Assembly (NCBI GenBank): GCA_964504195.1
Contig: CAZDDI010000010.1
Location: forward strand, 22,956-86,955
DNA: 64,000 nucleotides
Direction: 5' to 3'
Source of the DNA: an uncultured Anaerolineales bacterium
GTDB lineage: Bacteria > Chloroflexota > Anaerolineae > B4-G1 > SLSP01
Position numbers and translations under genes: made by a program. The notes under the pieces are model-generated. The model did no database searches. It saw only the letters and a program-made list of their open reading frames with translations, and was not told the origin of the DNA. Below are positions 37,997-47,680 of this stretch, piece by piece (the first letter of the stretch is position 1; every line of letters starts with the position of its first letter).

Positions 37997-39658
37997 ATGG
38001 AAAAACTAAATATCATTCCCCTGGGTGGCCTGGGCGAAGTGGGCAAGAATATGATGGCCCTGGAATATGGTCGCAACATCCTCATCATTGATGTAGGCAT
38101 CATGTTCCCCGAAAGCGATATGCCGGGTGTGGATTATGTCATCCCCGATTACGCCTACTTGCGCGGCAAGGAAGACCGGATTCGCGGCATTGTCATCACG
38201 CACGGGCACGAAGATCACATCGGCGGGCTACCGCACTTTTTGCGCGAGTTCAACGCGCCCATTTACGCCACCAAACTCACGCGCGGCCTCATTGAAGTCA
38301 AACTGCGCCCAGCGGAGCACTTCAAGCAGGTCAAAATCAACACTTTTGCGCCGGGTGATGTGGTCAACGTTGGCCCGTTCATCGTGGAACCCTACCATGT
38401 ATGCCATAGCATCCCCGACGCGGTAGGGTTGGGAATTACCTCCCCAGTAGGGTTGGTAGTCCACAGCGGCGATTTCAAGCTCGACCAGACCCCGGTAGAC
38501 GGCTGGCCTACTGACATCGCCAAACTAGCCGAGTTCAACCGGCGCGGCGTGTTGGCGCTACTGTCCGACAGCACCAATTCCGACCACGCCGCTACCACGC
38601 CTTCCGAGCGCACACTTACGGTTGGGCTGGAGGCCGCATTCCGCAACGCCAAAGGGCGCATCATCGTGGCAACCTTCGCCTCGTTGATTTCGCGCATCCA
38701 GCAGGTGATGGACGTGGCACAGCAGTTCGGGCGCAAGGTAGCTGTGACCGGCACCACCATGCTCGACAATACCAAGATGGCGCGACGGTTAGGCTACCTC
38801 AACGTACCGGACGATCTACTGCTTTCATTACAAGATATCAACAAGCTGCCGCCGCATCAGGTCGCCATCATCAGCACAGGCGCGCAAGGTGAGCCGACTT
38901 CAATCATGGGGCGGCTAGCGATGGGTAGACATCCCTCGCTACGCATTACCCCCGGCGATACGGTGGTGCTTTCGTCGCACACCATTCCCGGCAACGAAGA
39001 GACCGTGCATCGCGTCATCAACCGGCTCTTCCAGAAGGGTGCGCATGTCTTGTACCATCCGCTTGCGCCAGTGCATGTCTCCGGTCATGCCGGGCAAGAA
39101 GAGCAGAAGATGCTAATGGGCATGTTACGCCCCAAGTTCTTCATCCCCATCCATGGCGAACTGCGTCACCTGCACCACCATGCACAACTGGCACAACAGG
39201 TAGGGATTCCCCATGAGAACATCGCGGTCGTGGAAAACGGCTACATCTTGCGCCTGTCGCAGGAAAAATTGGAGATTGGTGAACGCATCCCCGGGGGCTA
39301 TGTCTTTGTAGATGGGGCCTGGGTGGGCGATGCCGTCAGCCAAGAGGTCATCAGTGAGCGCGAATCATTGGCGAGCGCGGGCGTTTGCATGGTGACGCTA
39401 CGCTACGATCCGGCGCGCTCCGCGCTGGTAGGGCGGGTGCGCATAGCCTCGCATGGCTTCGCATCGTCGGATGTGACCGCCGCGTTACTGGAAAAAGCGC
39501 AGCCGCTCATCCGCCGCGCAGTTCACGCGATGCCACATAACACACCGGCTACCGATGTAGAAACCACTGTCAAGAAAAATCTTTCCGATTTCTTCTATCA
39601 ACAGGCAAAAAATCGCCCTGAAATTTTCGTGATAGCACTTCCCGAAAACCCAATGTAA
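37997..39658 (+). CDS. rnj: Ribonuclease J (metallo-beta-lactamase / beta-CASP).
   Basis: VITHGHEDHIGGLP matches the HxHxDH motif. Length and C-terminal domain match RNase J. Confidence 0.9.
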   Translation: MEKLNIIPLGGLGEVGKNMMALEYGRNILIIDVGIMFPESDMPGVDYVIPDYAYLRGKEDRIRGIVITHGHEDHIGGLPHFLREFNAPIYATKLTRGLIEVKLRPAEHFKQVKINTFAPGDVVNVGPFIVEPYHVCHSIPDAVGLGITSPVGLVVHSGDFKLDQTPVDGWPTDIAKLAEFNRRGVLALLSDSTNSDHAATTPSERTLTVGLEAAFRNAKGRIIVATFASLISRIQQVMDVAQQFGRKVAVTGTTMLDNTKMARRLGYLNVPDDLLLSLQDINKLPPHQVAIISTGAQGEPTSIMGRLAMGRHPSLRITPGDTVVLSSHTIPGNEETVHRVINRLFQKGAHVLYHPLAPVHVSGHAGQEEQKMLMGMLRPKFFIPIHGELRHLHHHAQLAQQVGIPHENIAVVENGYILRLSQEKLEIGERIPGGYVFVDGAWVGDAVSQEVISERESLASAGVCMVTLRYDPARSALVGRVRIASHGFASSDVTAALLEKAQPLIRRAVHAMPHNTPATDVETTVKKNLSDFFYQQAKNRPEIFVIALPENPM

Positions 39659-39664
39659 CCACGC

Positions 39665-40822
39665 ATGACCCATATTCTCATCGTGTATAAACAATTCCCT
39701 GGCCCTACGGTGAGTCACGCGGGGGGGGAATCCGTCTACAGGCTGATGCAGGCCCTCCACGCGCGCGGGCATACACTAACGCTGGTGGCACGCATCCACG
39801 AGACAGAACGCCCACAGTTACCAGCAGTCCAGACGCTTTGCGACCGCATCGTGACCGTGCCGCATCACCGCTCGCTGTCCGGCCCACGTCCGCTAGAGAT
39901 GGCGCGTAGCTATTGGCTACTGCGCCAGGCCACACGGCGAACGTTGCTTGAAACCCGACCCGATCTGCTCTATGTGGAATTTGCCCAAACCGGAGCCGTG
40001 CTACTGGGACTCAAAGGCGTCCCTACCGCCATCCGCGCGCATGACATCAACTGGTTCCTGATGGAGCAAGAAATCGCGCAGCACAGCGGCCTGGCACGCT
40101 GGCGTAGTCGGCTGTTGCGCACATTGTTCCTGTGGCTCGAACCCTGGCTCTACCGACAGTTCGATCTAGTCGCAGCTATCTCTGAAGGCGATCGCCGCCT
40201 GCTCGCGAAACGCTGTGCGCCTAAGCCCATCCTTCTGCTCCCCCTGGCACCGGCTTTTCAGCCTACCCCCGACATGGCCCCGGCTGTCGCCTCCGGCCCC
40301 AACGTACTCTTCGTAGGCGCGATGTCCCGTGCCTACAACGTCCAAGCCGTGACCTGGTTCCTTGATGACGTATGGCCCACGGTACTGGCGCAAGTTCCTG
40401 CCGCGCGTTGTTACATTGTCGGCGCGCAACCGCCGCCCAGCATCCAGTCCCGGCACGATGGCGCGCGGGTGTTCGTCACCGGTTTTGTGGACGACCTCGC
40501 CCCCTGGTACCAGGCCGCTGCTGTATGTGTGGCCCCCTTGTTGGTAGCGGGCGGATTGCTGCAAAAAGTGATTGATGCGCTAGGCATGGGCGTTCCGGTT
40601 GTAGCGACCAGTGCAAGCAATCACGGCGTCGGGGCGACGCCCGACGAGCACTTGTTGATCGCTGATGACCCGGCGACGTTTGCCGCAGCCGTAACGCGCC
40701 TGCTCAAAGACACGACGGCGCGGGAACAATTAGGCCGCGCCGGGCGTCTCTTTGTGGAAACACGCTATAATTTCGGCCCGGCAGTGGCGCGGTGGGAAGA
40801 AACCGTCAAGAATCTGGTATAA
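39665..40822 (+). CDS. GT4/GT1-family (GT-B fold) glycosyltransferase.
   Basis: The C-terminal domain pattern VTGFVDDLAPWYQAAAVCVAPLLVAGGLLQKVIDALGMGVPVVAT fits the EX7E-like region of GT4 enzymes. Confidence 0.7.
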   Translation: MTHILIVYKQFPGPTVSHAGGESVYRLMQALHARGHTLTLVARIHETERPQLPAVQTLCDRIVTVPHHRSLSGPRPLEMARSYWLLRQATRRTLLETRPDLLYVEFAQTGAVLLGLKGVPTAIRAHDINWFLMEQEIAQHSGLARWRSRLLRTLFLWLEPWLYRQFDLVAAISEGDRRLLAKRCAPKPILLLPLAPAFQPTPDMAPAVASGPNVLFVGAMSRAYNVQAVTWFLDDVWPTVLAQVPAARCYIVGAQPPPSIQSRHDGARVFVTGFVDDLAPWYQAAAVCVAPLLVAGGLLQKVIDALGMGVPVVATSASNHGVGATPDEHLLIADDPATFAAAVTRLLKDTTAREQLGRAGRLFVETRYNFGPAVARWEETVKNLV

Positions 40823-40856
40823 TGGAAGTAAAACACAATGCTATTAAATTTTGGAC

Positions 40857-40906
40857 GTAGACTTGGCAGGTTTCAAGACCTTGAGTTTAAAAAACGTCGT
40901 TATTCA
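40857..40906 (+). repeat. Fragment (left arm only) of the MITE-like element family, in the leader of LCP gene 1.
   Basis: gtagacttggcaggtttcaagaccttgagtttaaaaaacgtcgttattca matches 42433-42485 of the full copy. Confidence 0.55.
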
Positions 40907-40940
40907 TTTGATTAAGTAAAAGCTCTGAGGATGTGTAGCT

Positions 40941-42305
40941 ATGACATCAGTAAAACTAAGAGGCGCTCAGCGCAAGAATATCGTTCCGATGTTGTTAACG
41001 CTGGCCCTCCTGCTACTGCTTGTGGTGATTGCTGTGATGGCCGGATTACTCCTGCTCTCGCAGGTACGCGCTGCGCTTTTCGGCGACAGCTCCTTCCCCG
41101 GTCTGCCGGGCGGCACAGTCAGCCAAAACGTGGAGTACCGCTTCGGCAATCCGCTGCCGGTGTGGACAAGTGAAGATACGGTGACGGTATTGCTGCTCGG
41201 CATTGATCAGCGCCGTGATGAACCCGGCCCTTGGCGCACCGATACGATGATGCTCCTCACACTTGATCCTAAGACAATGCGCGCTGGCGTGCTCTCTATC
41301 CCCCGCGACCTCTGGGTCCCTATTCCGGGCTACGGCGACGGGCGCATCAACACGGCCCATGTACAGGGCGAACTCTATAACCACCCCGGCGGGGGCCCCG
41401 CCCTGGCCCGTGAAACAGTCGAGTACAATCTGGGCATCCCGATAAATTACCATGTGCGGGTCAATTTTGATGCTTTCGAGAAGCTGGTGGATATGATCGG
41501 CGGCATTGATATTTACGTTGAAGAAACTATCAATGATCCACTCTACCCGGATCACCACTACGGTTACGATCCGCTGTATATCGAAGCCGGCTGGCAACAC
41601 TTCAACGGGGAACTAGCGTTGAAATATGCGCGCACCCGTCACGGCAATAGCGACTTTGATCGCGCCCGCCGCCAGCAACAGGTGCTCCTCGCTGTGCTGG
41701 AGAGAGTGACTAGCTTGCAACTATTACCACAAATCGCAGGACGCTCCAGCGAAATCTACCAGATGTTCCAGGATTCAGTGGAGACCAATCTGGCGATGGA
41801 TCAGATTCTCGCCCTGGCAGGCGTCGCCATCAAGGTAGAGCGTCCCAACATCCGCTTCGCGGTCATTGATCGCCAGGCAACCCAAAACTGGGTGACGCCG
41901 CAGGGCGCACAGGTGTTGATCCCACTCCGCGAGGAAATTCGGCGGCTGCGCGATTACATTCTCTGGACCGACGGCGTCATTGCAGATGTACCACTCCAAC
42001 AGGCTCCGCCAGAAGCGGCCACGATAGCTGTGCTTAACGGCACATCGCGCGCGGGGCTGGCCGGTTCTACCGCCGCCTATCTACAAGGGCTGGATATTCC
42101 CGTGTCTGCTTATGCCAACGCCGACCGTGACTCTTACGGAGCATCGCAAATCATCCTCAACCGCGATACGCCTGTGCGTGCAGCCCAATTGCTCAATGTG
42201 CTGGGTTTACCGCCGACTGCGTTACTGCGCGGCAGCGAAGCCAACGCCGCTTATGATATCGTTATCATTCTGGGTGCGGATTACATCGGCCCGCCCGCGC
42301 CGTAG
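40941..42305 (+). CDS. LytR-CpsA-Psr (LCP) family cell-envelope phosphotransferase with a LytR_C-like C-terminal domain, paralog 1.
   Basis: N-terminal transmembrane segment. LLLGIDQRRDEPGPWRTDTMMLLTLDP...LSIPRDLWVPIPGYGDGRINTAH are LCP core motifs. Confidence 0.85.
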   Translation: MTSVKLRGAQRKNIVPMLLTLALLLLLVVIAVMAGLLLLSQVRAALFGDSSFPGLPGGTVSQNVEYRFGNPLPVWTSEDTVTVLLLGIDQRRDEPGPWRTDTMMLLTLDPKTMRAGVLSIPRDLWVPIPGYGDGRINTAHVQGELYNHPGGGPALARETVEYNLGIPINYHVRVNFDAFEKLVDMIGGIDIYVEETINDPLYPDHHYGYDPLYIEAGWQHFNGELALKYARTRHGNSDFDRARRQQQVLLAVLERVTSLQLLPQIAGRSSEIYQMFQDSVETNLAMDQILALAGVAIKVERPNIRFAVIDRQATQNWVTPQGAQVLIPLREEIRRLRDYILWTDGVIADVPLQQAPPEAATIAVLNGTSRAGLAGSTAAYLQGLDIPVSAYANADRDSYGASQIILNRDTPVRAAQLLNVLGLPPTALLRGSEANAAYDIVIILGADYIGPPAP

Positions 42306-42414
42306 CAACTGCTACACCGGTGGACTTTTCCACCGCAGAGAATGCAAAAGAAAGAAGCCGCTGTGATTTTTGCACCCTTCGTAGTGAAAAGTCTCCTTGT
42401 GGTATAATCCTATT

Positions 42415-42548
42415 CAATGTCATTACGTTTAGGACATAGACTTGGCAGGTTTCAAAGCCTTGAGTTTACAAGAAATCGTTATTCACCGGTAAAATCCCAC
42501 CCAATCCAATTTGGGCGAAACCTGCCAGGTCTTAACTTAATGACATTG
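42415..42548 (+). mobile_element. Complete MITE-like element of 134 bp. The TIR pair is caatgtcatta / taatgacattg. It is flanked by the 9-bp direct repeat aatcctatt (42406-42414 and 42550-42558). Internally a 16-bp arm pair can form a long hairpin: agacttggcaggtttc ... gaaacctgccaggtct.
   Basis: Seen directly. It sits 25 bp upstream of the LCP paralog 2 start codon. Confidence 0.7.
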
Positions 42549-42572
42549 CAATCCTATTGAGTGTAATCAGCT

Positions 42573-43910
42573 ATGACGAATAGAGCAACTGCCAATAAAT
42601 TGATCCGCTTCGGTATGATACTAATTTACTTGATCAGCACCGTAAGCGCCAGCACACTGGTATTTTTCCAAGTGCGCGAACTCGTATCTGCCTCGGAAAT
42701 TCTACCGGACATCACGCTCGGCAACGAAGCTATAGAAAGCCCAAACATCGTTTACGAAGAAGGCCAACCCTTGCCTATCTGGACCGGCACCGAGCGCCTC
42801 ACGGTGTTAGTATTGGGCATAGATCAACGTGAGACAGAGGAAGGCCCTTGGCGTACAGACACGATGATGTTGCTCACCCTCGACCCGGTCACGTTGCAGG
42901 CGGGGGTGCTCTCGATTCCGCGCGACCTTTGGGTACGCATCCCCGGCTACACCGAGAACCGCATCAATACCGCGCACTTTATCGGCGATGCCTACAACCA
43001 TCCCGGCAGCGGCACGGCGCTCGCTATCGAGACGGTCGAATACAATCTTGGCATCTCCATTGATTACTATGTGCGCTTCAATTTCAATGGGTTTGTGAAT
43101 GTCATTAACGAAATTGGCGGCATTGAAATCTATGTCGAAGAACGCGTTGATGATACCAAATATCCTACACCTGATCTTGGCACAGAGCATCTCATCATCG
43201 AGCCGGGCTGGCACCATTTCGATGGCGAAATGGCCCTCAAGTATGCGCGCACGCGCTATTCCAGCCGGGGCGACTTCGACCGCGCACGGCGACAACAGCA
43301 AGTAATGTCTGCTGTGCTGGAGCAAGTGACCAAGCCCGGCAACCTGCCACGTCTGGCGAGCCGCGCGCCCACGCTCTATGCCACGCTCTCCGATGCAGTG
43401 CAGGTAGGGCCTGCTCTGCGGATGGATCAGATGATCGCTTTGGCTGCGCTGGCCGTTAAAGTGGATCGTTCACAGATTCGCTTTGGCGTCATTGACGAGA
43501 ACTGCACCTTACCACGCGAGACACCCGATCATCAGCAGATTCTGGTGCCCTTGCGCGATGAAATCCGCGCCGTACGTGATTATGTCTTTGGGGTGAATGG
43601 GCCTGAGACCGAGGAAGGCACAACGATCACGCTCTCTGTGCTGAACGGGACAGGCCGCGCGGGATTGGCTGGCACAACCCGCGATTATCTGGTGGCGCAG
43701 GGCTTTTATGTAGGTACGCACAGCAACGCCGACCGGCAAGATTATGAGAATTCGCTCATCATTCTGAACCGCCCGCATCCCACTGTGGCGCTACGCCTAT
43801 TGGAACTGCTAGGATTACCACAATCGGCGGTAGTCAACGGTGATAACCGCAGTGCGGTATACGACATCGTCATCATTCTGGGCGCAGATTACACCGGCCC
43901 GCCGGAATAG
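42573..43910 (+). CDS. LCP family protein, paralog 2.
   Basis: LVLGIDQRETEEGPWRTDTMMLLTLDP...LSIPRDLWVRIPGYTENRINTAH. About 55% identical to paralog 1. Confidence 0.85.
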   Translation: MTNRATANKLIRFGMILIYLISTVSASTLVFFQVRELVSASEILPDITLGNEAIESPNIVYEEGQPLPIWTGTERLTVLVLGIDQRETEEGPWRTDTMMLLTLDPVTLQAGVLSIPRDLWVRIPGYTENRINTAHFIGDAYNHPGSGTALAIETVEYNLGISIDYYVRFNFNGFVNVINEIGGIEIYVEERVDDTKYPTPDLGTEHLIIEPGWHHFDGEMALKYARTRYSSRGDFDRARRQQQVMSAVLEQVTKPGNLPRLASRAPTLYATLSDAVQVGPALRMDQMIALAALAVKVDRSQIRFGVIDENCTLPRETPDHQQILVPLRDEIRAVRDYVFGVNGPETEEGTTITLSVLNGTGRAGLAGTTRDYLVAQGFYVGTHSNADRQDYENSLIILNRPHPTVALRLLELLGLPQSAVVNGDNRSAVYDIVIILGADYTGPPE

Positions 43911-43997
43911 ACCGTATATTCGAGTTAGCTCAACCCAAAGCGCGCCTGATTGCATACCGCATCAGGCGCGCTTTTTTCGTACATCATGCTTCACACT

Positions 43998-45806
43998 TCA
44001 TTCGCGCAACGGTTGCATGATGATATAGTTGAATCCGTTCATAGGGATATGTTCCACAATCCCGTAATGCTGCCCGATGGTCGCCAGCACCGGCCAGGGG
44101 TAGAATTGCGCGCGCATGATGACCAAATCAAATGCCTGCTCGCGGAGCACGCCTTCGATTTCGGTAGTATCCAGCAGGCCGTTGTTGTAAAGGTTGAGCA
44201 GCTGCGTGGGATTGGTGACGACGGGCTTGCCCGCCAGCAGGGTGAACATGGCCTCTTCGCTGAAGACCGGCCCTTCGGCGGCGCGGACGTAGGCCATGAT
44301 GCGCTCCCCGGCCTCGTAATCGGCAGGCGACATCAGATGCCCCACTTGCGTGTAGCCTACCGCGTCATAGTAAGGGTAGTTGGCGTAGGATGATAGCCCC
44401 TGCACGCCCAACGCCCGCGCGACCGGCCCCCACACCGGGCCGTCGGTGGGTAGGTGGAGCATCCGTGTGGATTGCCACATCAACAGCAACGGCACCAGCG
44501 CGGCCAGCGCGAGCGCCCGGCGCGGCGGCTGCTCCGCCGCCCACAGCCGCAGTTTGCCCAGCGCGAATCCCATCAGAATCAGCGCCGCTGCAACGGAGGT
44601 GTTCCAGTACGCCTCGCCCGCACCCCATTTGCCGGACATCAGGCCCGTGCCGATGGCAAAGGCAAACCACAGCGAGTACACGGAAATTTTAGCGAAGTAG
44701 ACTTCGTAAGCTACATATCCGGTCGCCAAGAGCAGGATGACGGTGTGGATTTTGAACCAGGAGCGGGTGAGCGCGATGAGCTGCTGCATATCGTAGGCGT
44801 TGACGTTGGCCGCGATGATATTGGTCCACCAGTGGCCGTTAGTGATGAGGTTGATAGCGCCAAACGAGAGCAGGAACACCGCCGCAAAGCCCAGTCCCAA
44901 CATAATGGCACGTTTGGGGTGGCAGAGGAAAAGGTAGGTGAAAATTGCCAGCGCGGTGAAGATCGCCAGCTGTTTAGTGTAGGCGGCGATGAGCAGCAGC
45001 GCCAGGCCGATGAGAGCGTTACGCCAACCCTTGCGTGTTTCCAGCGCGCCTGCCCCGGCGATACACAGCACCGCGAGCGTCTCGAACAGCACCATCGTCA
45101 TGTGTTGCCGGCTCAGTGGGCCGACGTGGTAGACGAAATTGGAGGCCAGGAAGCCCAGGCCGCTCATCAGCGGGATGTAGCGCCCGCCCACGCGCCGCCG
45201 CACCGCCCAGGCGATAGCAGCGGCGTTGACCAGCGTCGCTATGAACGAAAGGACGCGCCCGGCCAGCAAAGTCTGCCCGAAGATGGGGAACAGTGGGATC
45301 ATCAGCCAGTGAAAGAAGGGCATATAATTGGAGGAGTAAAAGGGGTAGGCGGCGTTATCGAGATACGGCCATTCGCCCCGCGCGAAGAGGATGGCGGCAT
45401 AGAGCTCGAAGCCCTCACCCTGATCATAATCGTAGGGCCAGCGGAAGAGGTCTACGGCGTAGGTGACATAGACGGCAACATAAGCCAGGAACGCCACGAG
45501 CGCGAACGCGGCCAGCACCAGCCCGGCAATGCGTAAGGCGCGTTCCAGCGTATCACGGGGCGTGGGGAGCGCGGATTGCACGCCGGGTGGTAGCGGCGTT
45601 GTCTCCATCGCGGGCCGGTCGCCGCCCCACAGCACCAGCGGAACGCCCGCCAGTGCTACGAGCAGCCCCGCCACGAGCGCGGTCAGCTCCACCGGTCCGA
45701 TGCCACTCCACGCGCCTGCGCCCAGGCGGCCAGCGATGAGAATCAGCGCATCCCCACCCAGACCGAGAATAAGTAAAACCATACCGAGATGTCGTTTGGA
45801 AATCAT
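43998..45806 (-). CDS. Large polytopic membrane protein, possibly a GT-C-like glycosyltransferase or DUF2079-like.
   Basis: More than twelve predicted transmembrane helices. An acidic YDYDQGEGF loop follows the first helices. Confidence 0.45.
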   Translation of the reverse strand: MISKRHLGMVLLILGLGGDALILIAGRLGAGAWSGIGPVELTALVAGLLVALAGVPLVLWGGDRPAMETTPLPPGVQSALPTPRDTLERALRIAGLVLAAFALVAFLAYVAVYVTYAVDLFRWPYDYDQGEGFELYAAILFARGEWPYLDNAAYPFYSSNYMPFFHWLMIPLFPIFGQTLLAGRVLSFIATLVNAAAIAWAVRRRVGGRYIPLMSGLGFLASNFVYHVGPLSRQHMTMVLFETLAVLCIAGAGALETRKGWRNALIGLALLLIAAYTKQLAIFTALAIFTYLFLCHPKRAIMLGLGFAAVFLLSFGAINLITNGHWWTNIIAANVNAYDMQQLIALTRSWFKIHTVILLLATGYVAYEVYFAKISVYSLWFAFAIGTGLMSGKWGAGEAYWNTSVAAALILMGFALGKLRLWAAEQPPRRALALAALVPLLLMWQSTRMLHLPTDGPVWGPVARALGVQGLSSYANYPYYDAVGYTQVGHLMSPADYEAGERIMAYVRAAEGPVFSEEAMFTLLAGKPVVTNPTQLLNLYNNGLLDTTEIEGVLREQAFDLVIMRAQFYPWPVLATIGQHYGIVEHIPMNGFNYIIMQPLRE

Positions 45807-45888
45807 GATTTACCTGTTTATGTTATTTGTACAATAGCAACGCTTCGTCCTACAAGGCGTGAAACGTGAAGAAATTTCTGGTCACGTC

Positions 45889-46716
45889 TCACGTCAGCAT
45901 CACCAGCACGCCGAAGCGCCCGGTGCGGCCCTGCTCGGCGCGATGGGAGTACCATTCATCGGTACGGGCGGCGGTGTTGATGCCGGAAGCTACGATGTGG
46001 GCGACGCCTGCTGCGGCCAGCTGCGCCGCCGCCGCGCCCGGCAAATCGAGCTGCCACGCACCGTTGGTCTGCTGCGCAACCTGCGCGCCTTGTGGCAGGG
46101 TCGCCAGCACCGCCTGTACTACGTCCACGCCGACTTCGTAATGCTCCGGGCCGATCGCCGGACCGATGCCCGCCCACAAATCTTCCGGGCGCGAGCCGAA
46201 TGCCTCGCCCAACGCCTGCACGGTCGCCGGTACGATGCCCGCCGCCACCCCACGCCAGCCCGCATGCGCCAGGGCCGCGACGTGCCGCGCCCGGTCGTAG
46301 AACAACACCGGTACACAATCGGCGAAGCGCAGGAGCAAGGCTACGCCCGGCTCATCCGTCATCAGTGCATCGCTCTCCGGGATGATCTGCCCGCCATCGG
46401 CACGGGTCACGTGGGTCACGCGCTGCCCATGCACCTGATGCGGGCTGACCACCTGCTCCGGCGTGAGATTCCACAACGCCCGCACCCGGCGCAGGTTCTC
46501 CTGCACCGCTGCGGGCGCATCCCCAACCGTGCCGCCCAAATTGAGCGACGCAAACGGTAATTCGCTCACGCCGCCCAACCGGGTCAACACTACATGCCGG
46601 AACTCCGGTGGGGGTGACGCAAAAGCGTACCCCACCAGAGTCCCGGCTTGAAATCGGTGAATCACTTCTTCCCGAATAGCGCCTTCAGCACCAGCGCGAA
46701 GCAGCCGGCAATCCAC
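45889..46716 (-). CDS. pgeF: YfiH/PgeF-family (DUF152, Cu-oxidase_4) purine nucleoside phosphorylase / polyphenol-oxidase-like protein.
   Basis: HQVHGQRVTHV, ADALMTDEPGVALLLRFADCVPVLFYD and HAGWRGVAAGI match the family's conserved His/Cys/His triad regions. Confidence 0.8.
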   Translation of the reverse strand: MDCRLLRAGAEGAIREEVIHRFQAGTLVGYAFASPPPEFRHVVLTRLGGVSELPFASLNLGGTVGDAPAAVQENLRRVRALWNLTPEQVVSPHQVHGQRVTHVTRADGGQIIPESDALMTDEPGVALLLRFADCVPVLFYDRARHVAALAHAGWRGVAAGIVPATVQALGEAFGSRPEDLWAGIGPAIGPEHYEVGVDVVQAVLATLPQGAQVAQQTNGAWQLDLPGAAAAQLAAAGVAHIVASGINTAARTDEWYSHRAEQGRTGRFGVLVMLT

Positions 46717-47159
46717 GCGGACAGGAAGATACCCGCCAACGCGATCTTCTGCTCGTCCATAATGGGACGCACGGTAGCGCCTTCGGCAGTGACTTCAATG
46801 AAGGCAATCGGACGGGCCATTCCACCGCCGCCACCACCACCGCCCATGACGGGCGCGTCATCATAATCTTCGCAGTCGCAGTCACAATCACAGTCGCATG
46901 CATCCTCGAAGCCTTCGGTATGACAATCGCATTCGCAGTCATCGTCGCAAGTCTCGTCACAATCACAGAAATCGTCGTAATCACAGTCGCAACCGCCCTC
47001 TGCCCCGCTACCAAACCCGACCCCGAACCCATAAGCGATCTCAGCAACCGGGATAATCATGCGGCCTTCGAACATCTGTGGCTCACCGAAGACGTTATCC
47101 ACGTTGAACATTTCGCTCAAATCCGCGAACTCATCTAACATCACCATTACTTCTTCCAT
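46662..47159 (-). CDS. YtfJ/GerW-family (PF09579-like) protein with an inserted Cys/Asp-rich low-complexity segment and a C-terminal transmembrane helix.
   Basis: FGEPQMFEGRMIIPVAEIAYGFGVGFGSGAEGG ... GGGGGGGGMARPIAFIEVTAEGATVRPI resembles YtfJ. The intervening block is CDCDYDDFCDCDETCDDDCECDCHTEGFEDACDCDCDCDCEDYDD. Confidence 0.55.
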   Translation of the reverse strand: MEEVMVMLDEFADLSEMFNVDNVFGEPQMFEGRMIIPVAEIAYGFGVGFGSGAEGGCDCDYDDFCDCDETCDDDCECDCHTEGFEDACDCDCDCDCEDYDDAPVMGGGGGGGGMARPIAFIEVTAEGATVRPIMDEQKIALAGIFLSAWIAGCFALVLKALFGKK

Positions 47160-47202
47160 CTTAGTTCCTCCTTGGGGAAATCGGTAAATCTAAAAATCTC
47201 GT

Positions 47203-47502
47203 TTATCTGCGCGCCAGACGCGCCAGTACGATGACAACAAACGTAGCCGCAGCGACGATGGCGCCCACTGCGGCCATCTGGCTCAGCGCTGCCTGTGTGG
47301 CATCGGGGAGGGCGTGCCAGCGCGCGCCCTCTGGCCCTTGCGCTACTACTGAAACCGGGCGCATTCGCACCTGGCTAAAGTAACCCGTGTCGGGCATTCC
47401 ACCCTGCTGAGACATGACCAACACTGCAGGCAATAACCGAAATTTACCCGCCTCAATCGGTGTGGCGGATACAATGCGGGTACGTTGATCAGATTTGTGC
47501 AT
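47203..47502 (-). CDS. Small (99 aa) hypothetical protein with a C-terminal transmembrane helix. Starts at MHKSDQ; a longer 126-aa ORF is also possible.
   Basis: An RBS CCAGGAGG lies 6 nt upstream of the ATG at 47502. Its leader shares the motif agatttaccgatttc with the leader of the downstream YtfJ-like gene. Confidence 0.5.
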   Translation of the reverse strand: MHKSDQRTRIVSATPIEAGKFRLLPAVLVMSQQGGMPDTGYFSQVRMRPVSVVAQGPEGARWHALPDATQAALSQMAAVGAIVAAATFVVIVLARLARR

Positions 47503-47680
47503 GTGATACCTCCTGGAAAATCGGTAAATCTCAAAACTTATGTAGCCGCGCGTAACCTTGGGCGCGCTAACAAATCTTTTCACTTTGTGTACTTTATTGT
47601 GAAGCCAATCTTAGTAGCCCTTATTATAGACGGCCTGGCTTTAAGAGCAAGCCGCATTTGGATAGCCCCGGCTGGTTTTC

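Noticed and set aside
44454-45536. 360-aa plus-strand ORF
   Set aside because: It is antisense to the 602-aa polytopic membrane protein. The translation is Arg/Gln/His-rich low complexity.
45859-46560. 233-aa plus-strand ORF
   Set aside because: It is antisense to the YfiH/PgeF gene, which has clear family motifs.
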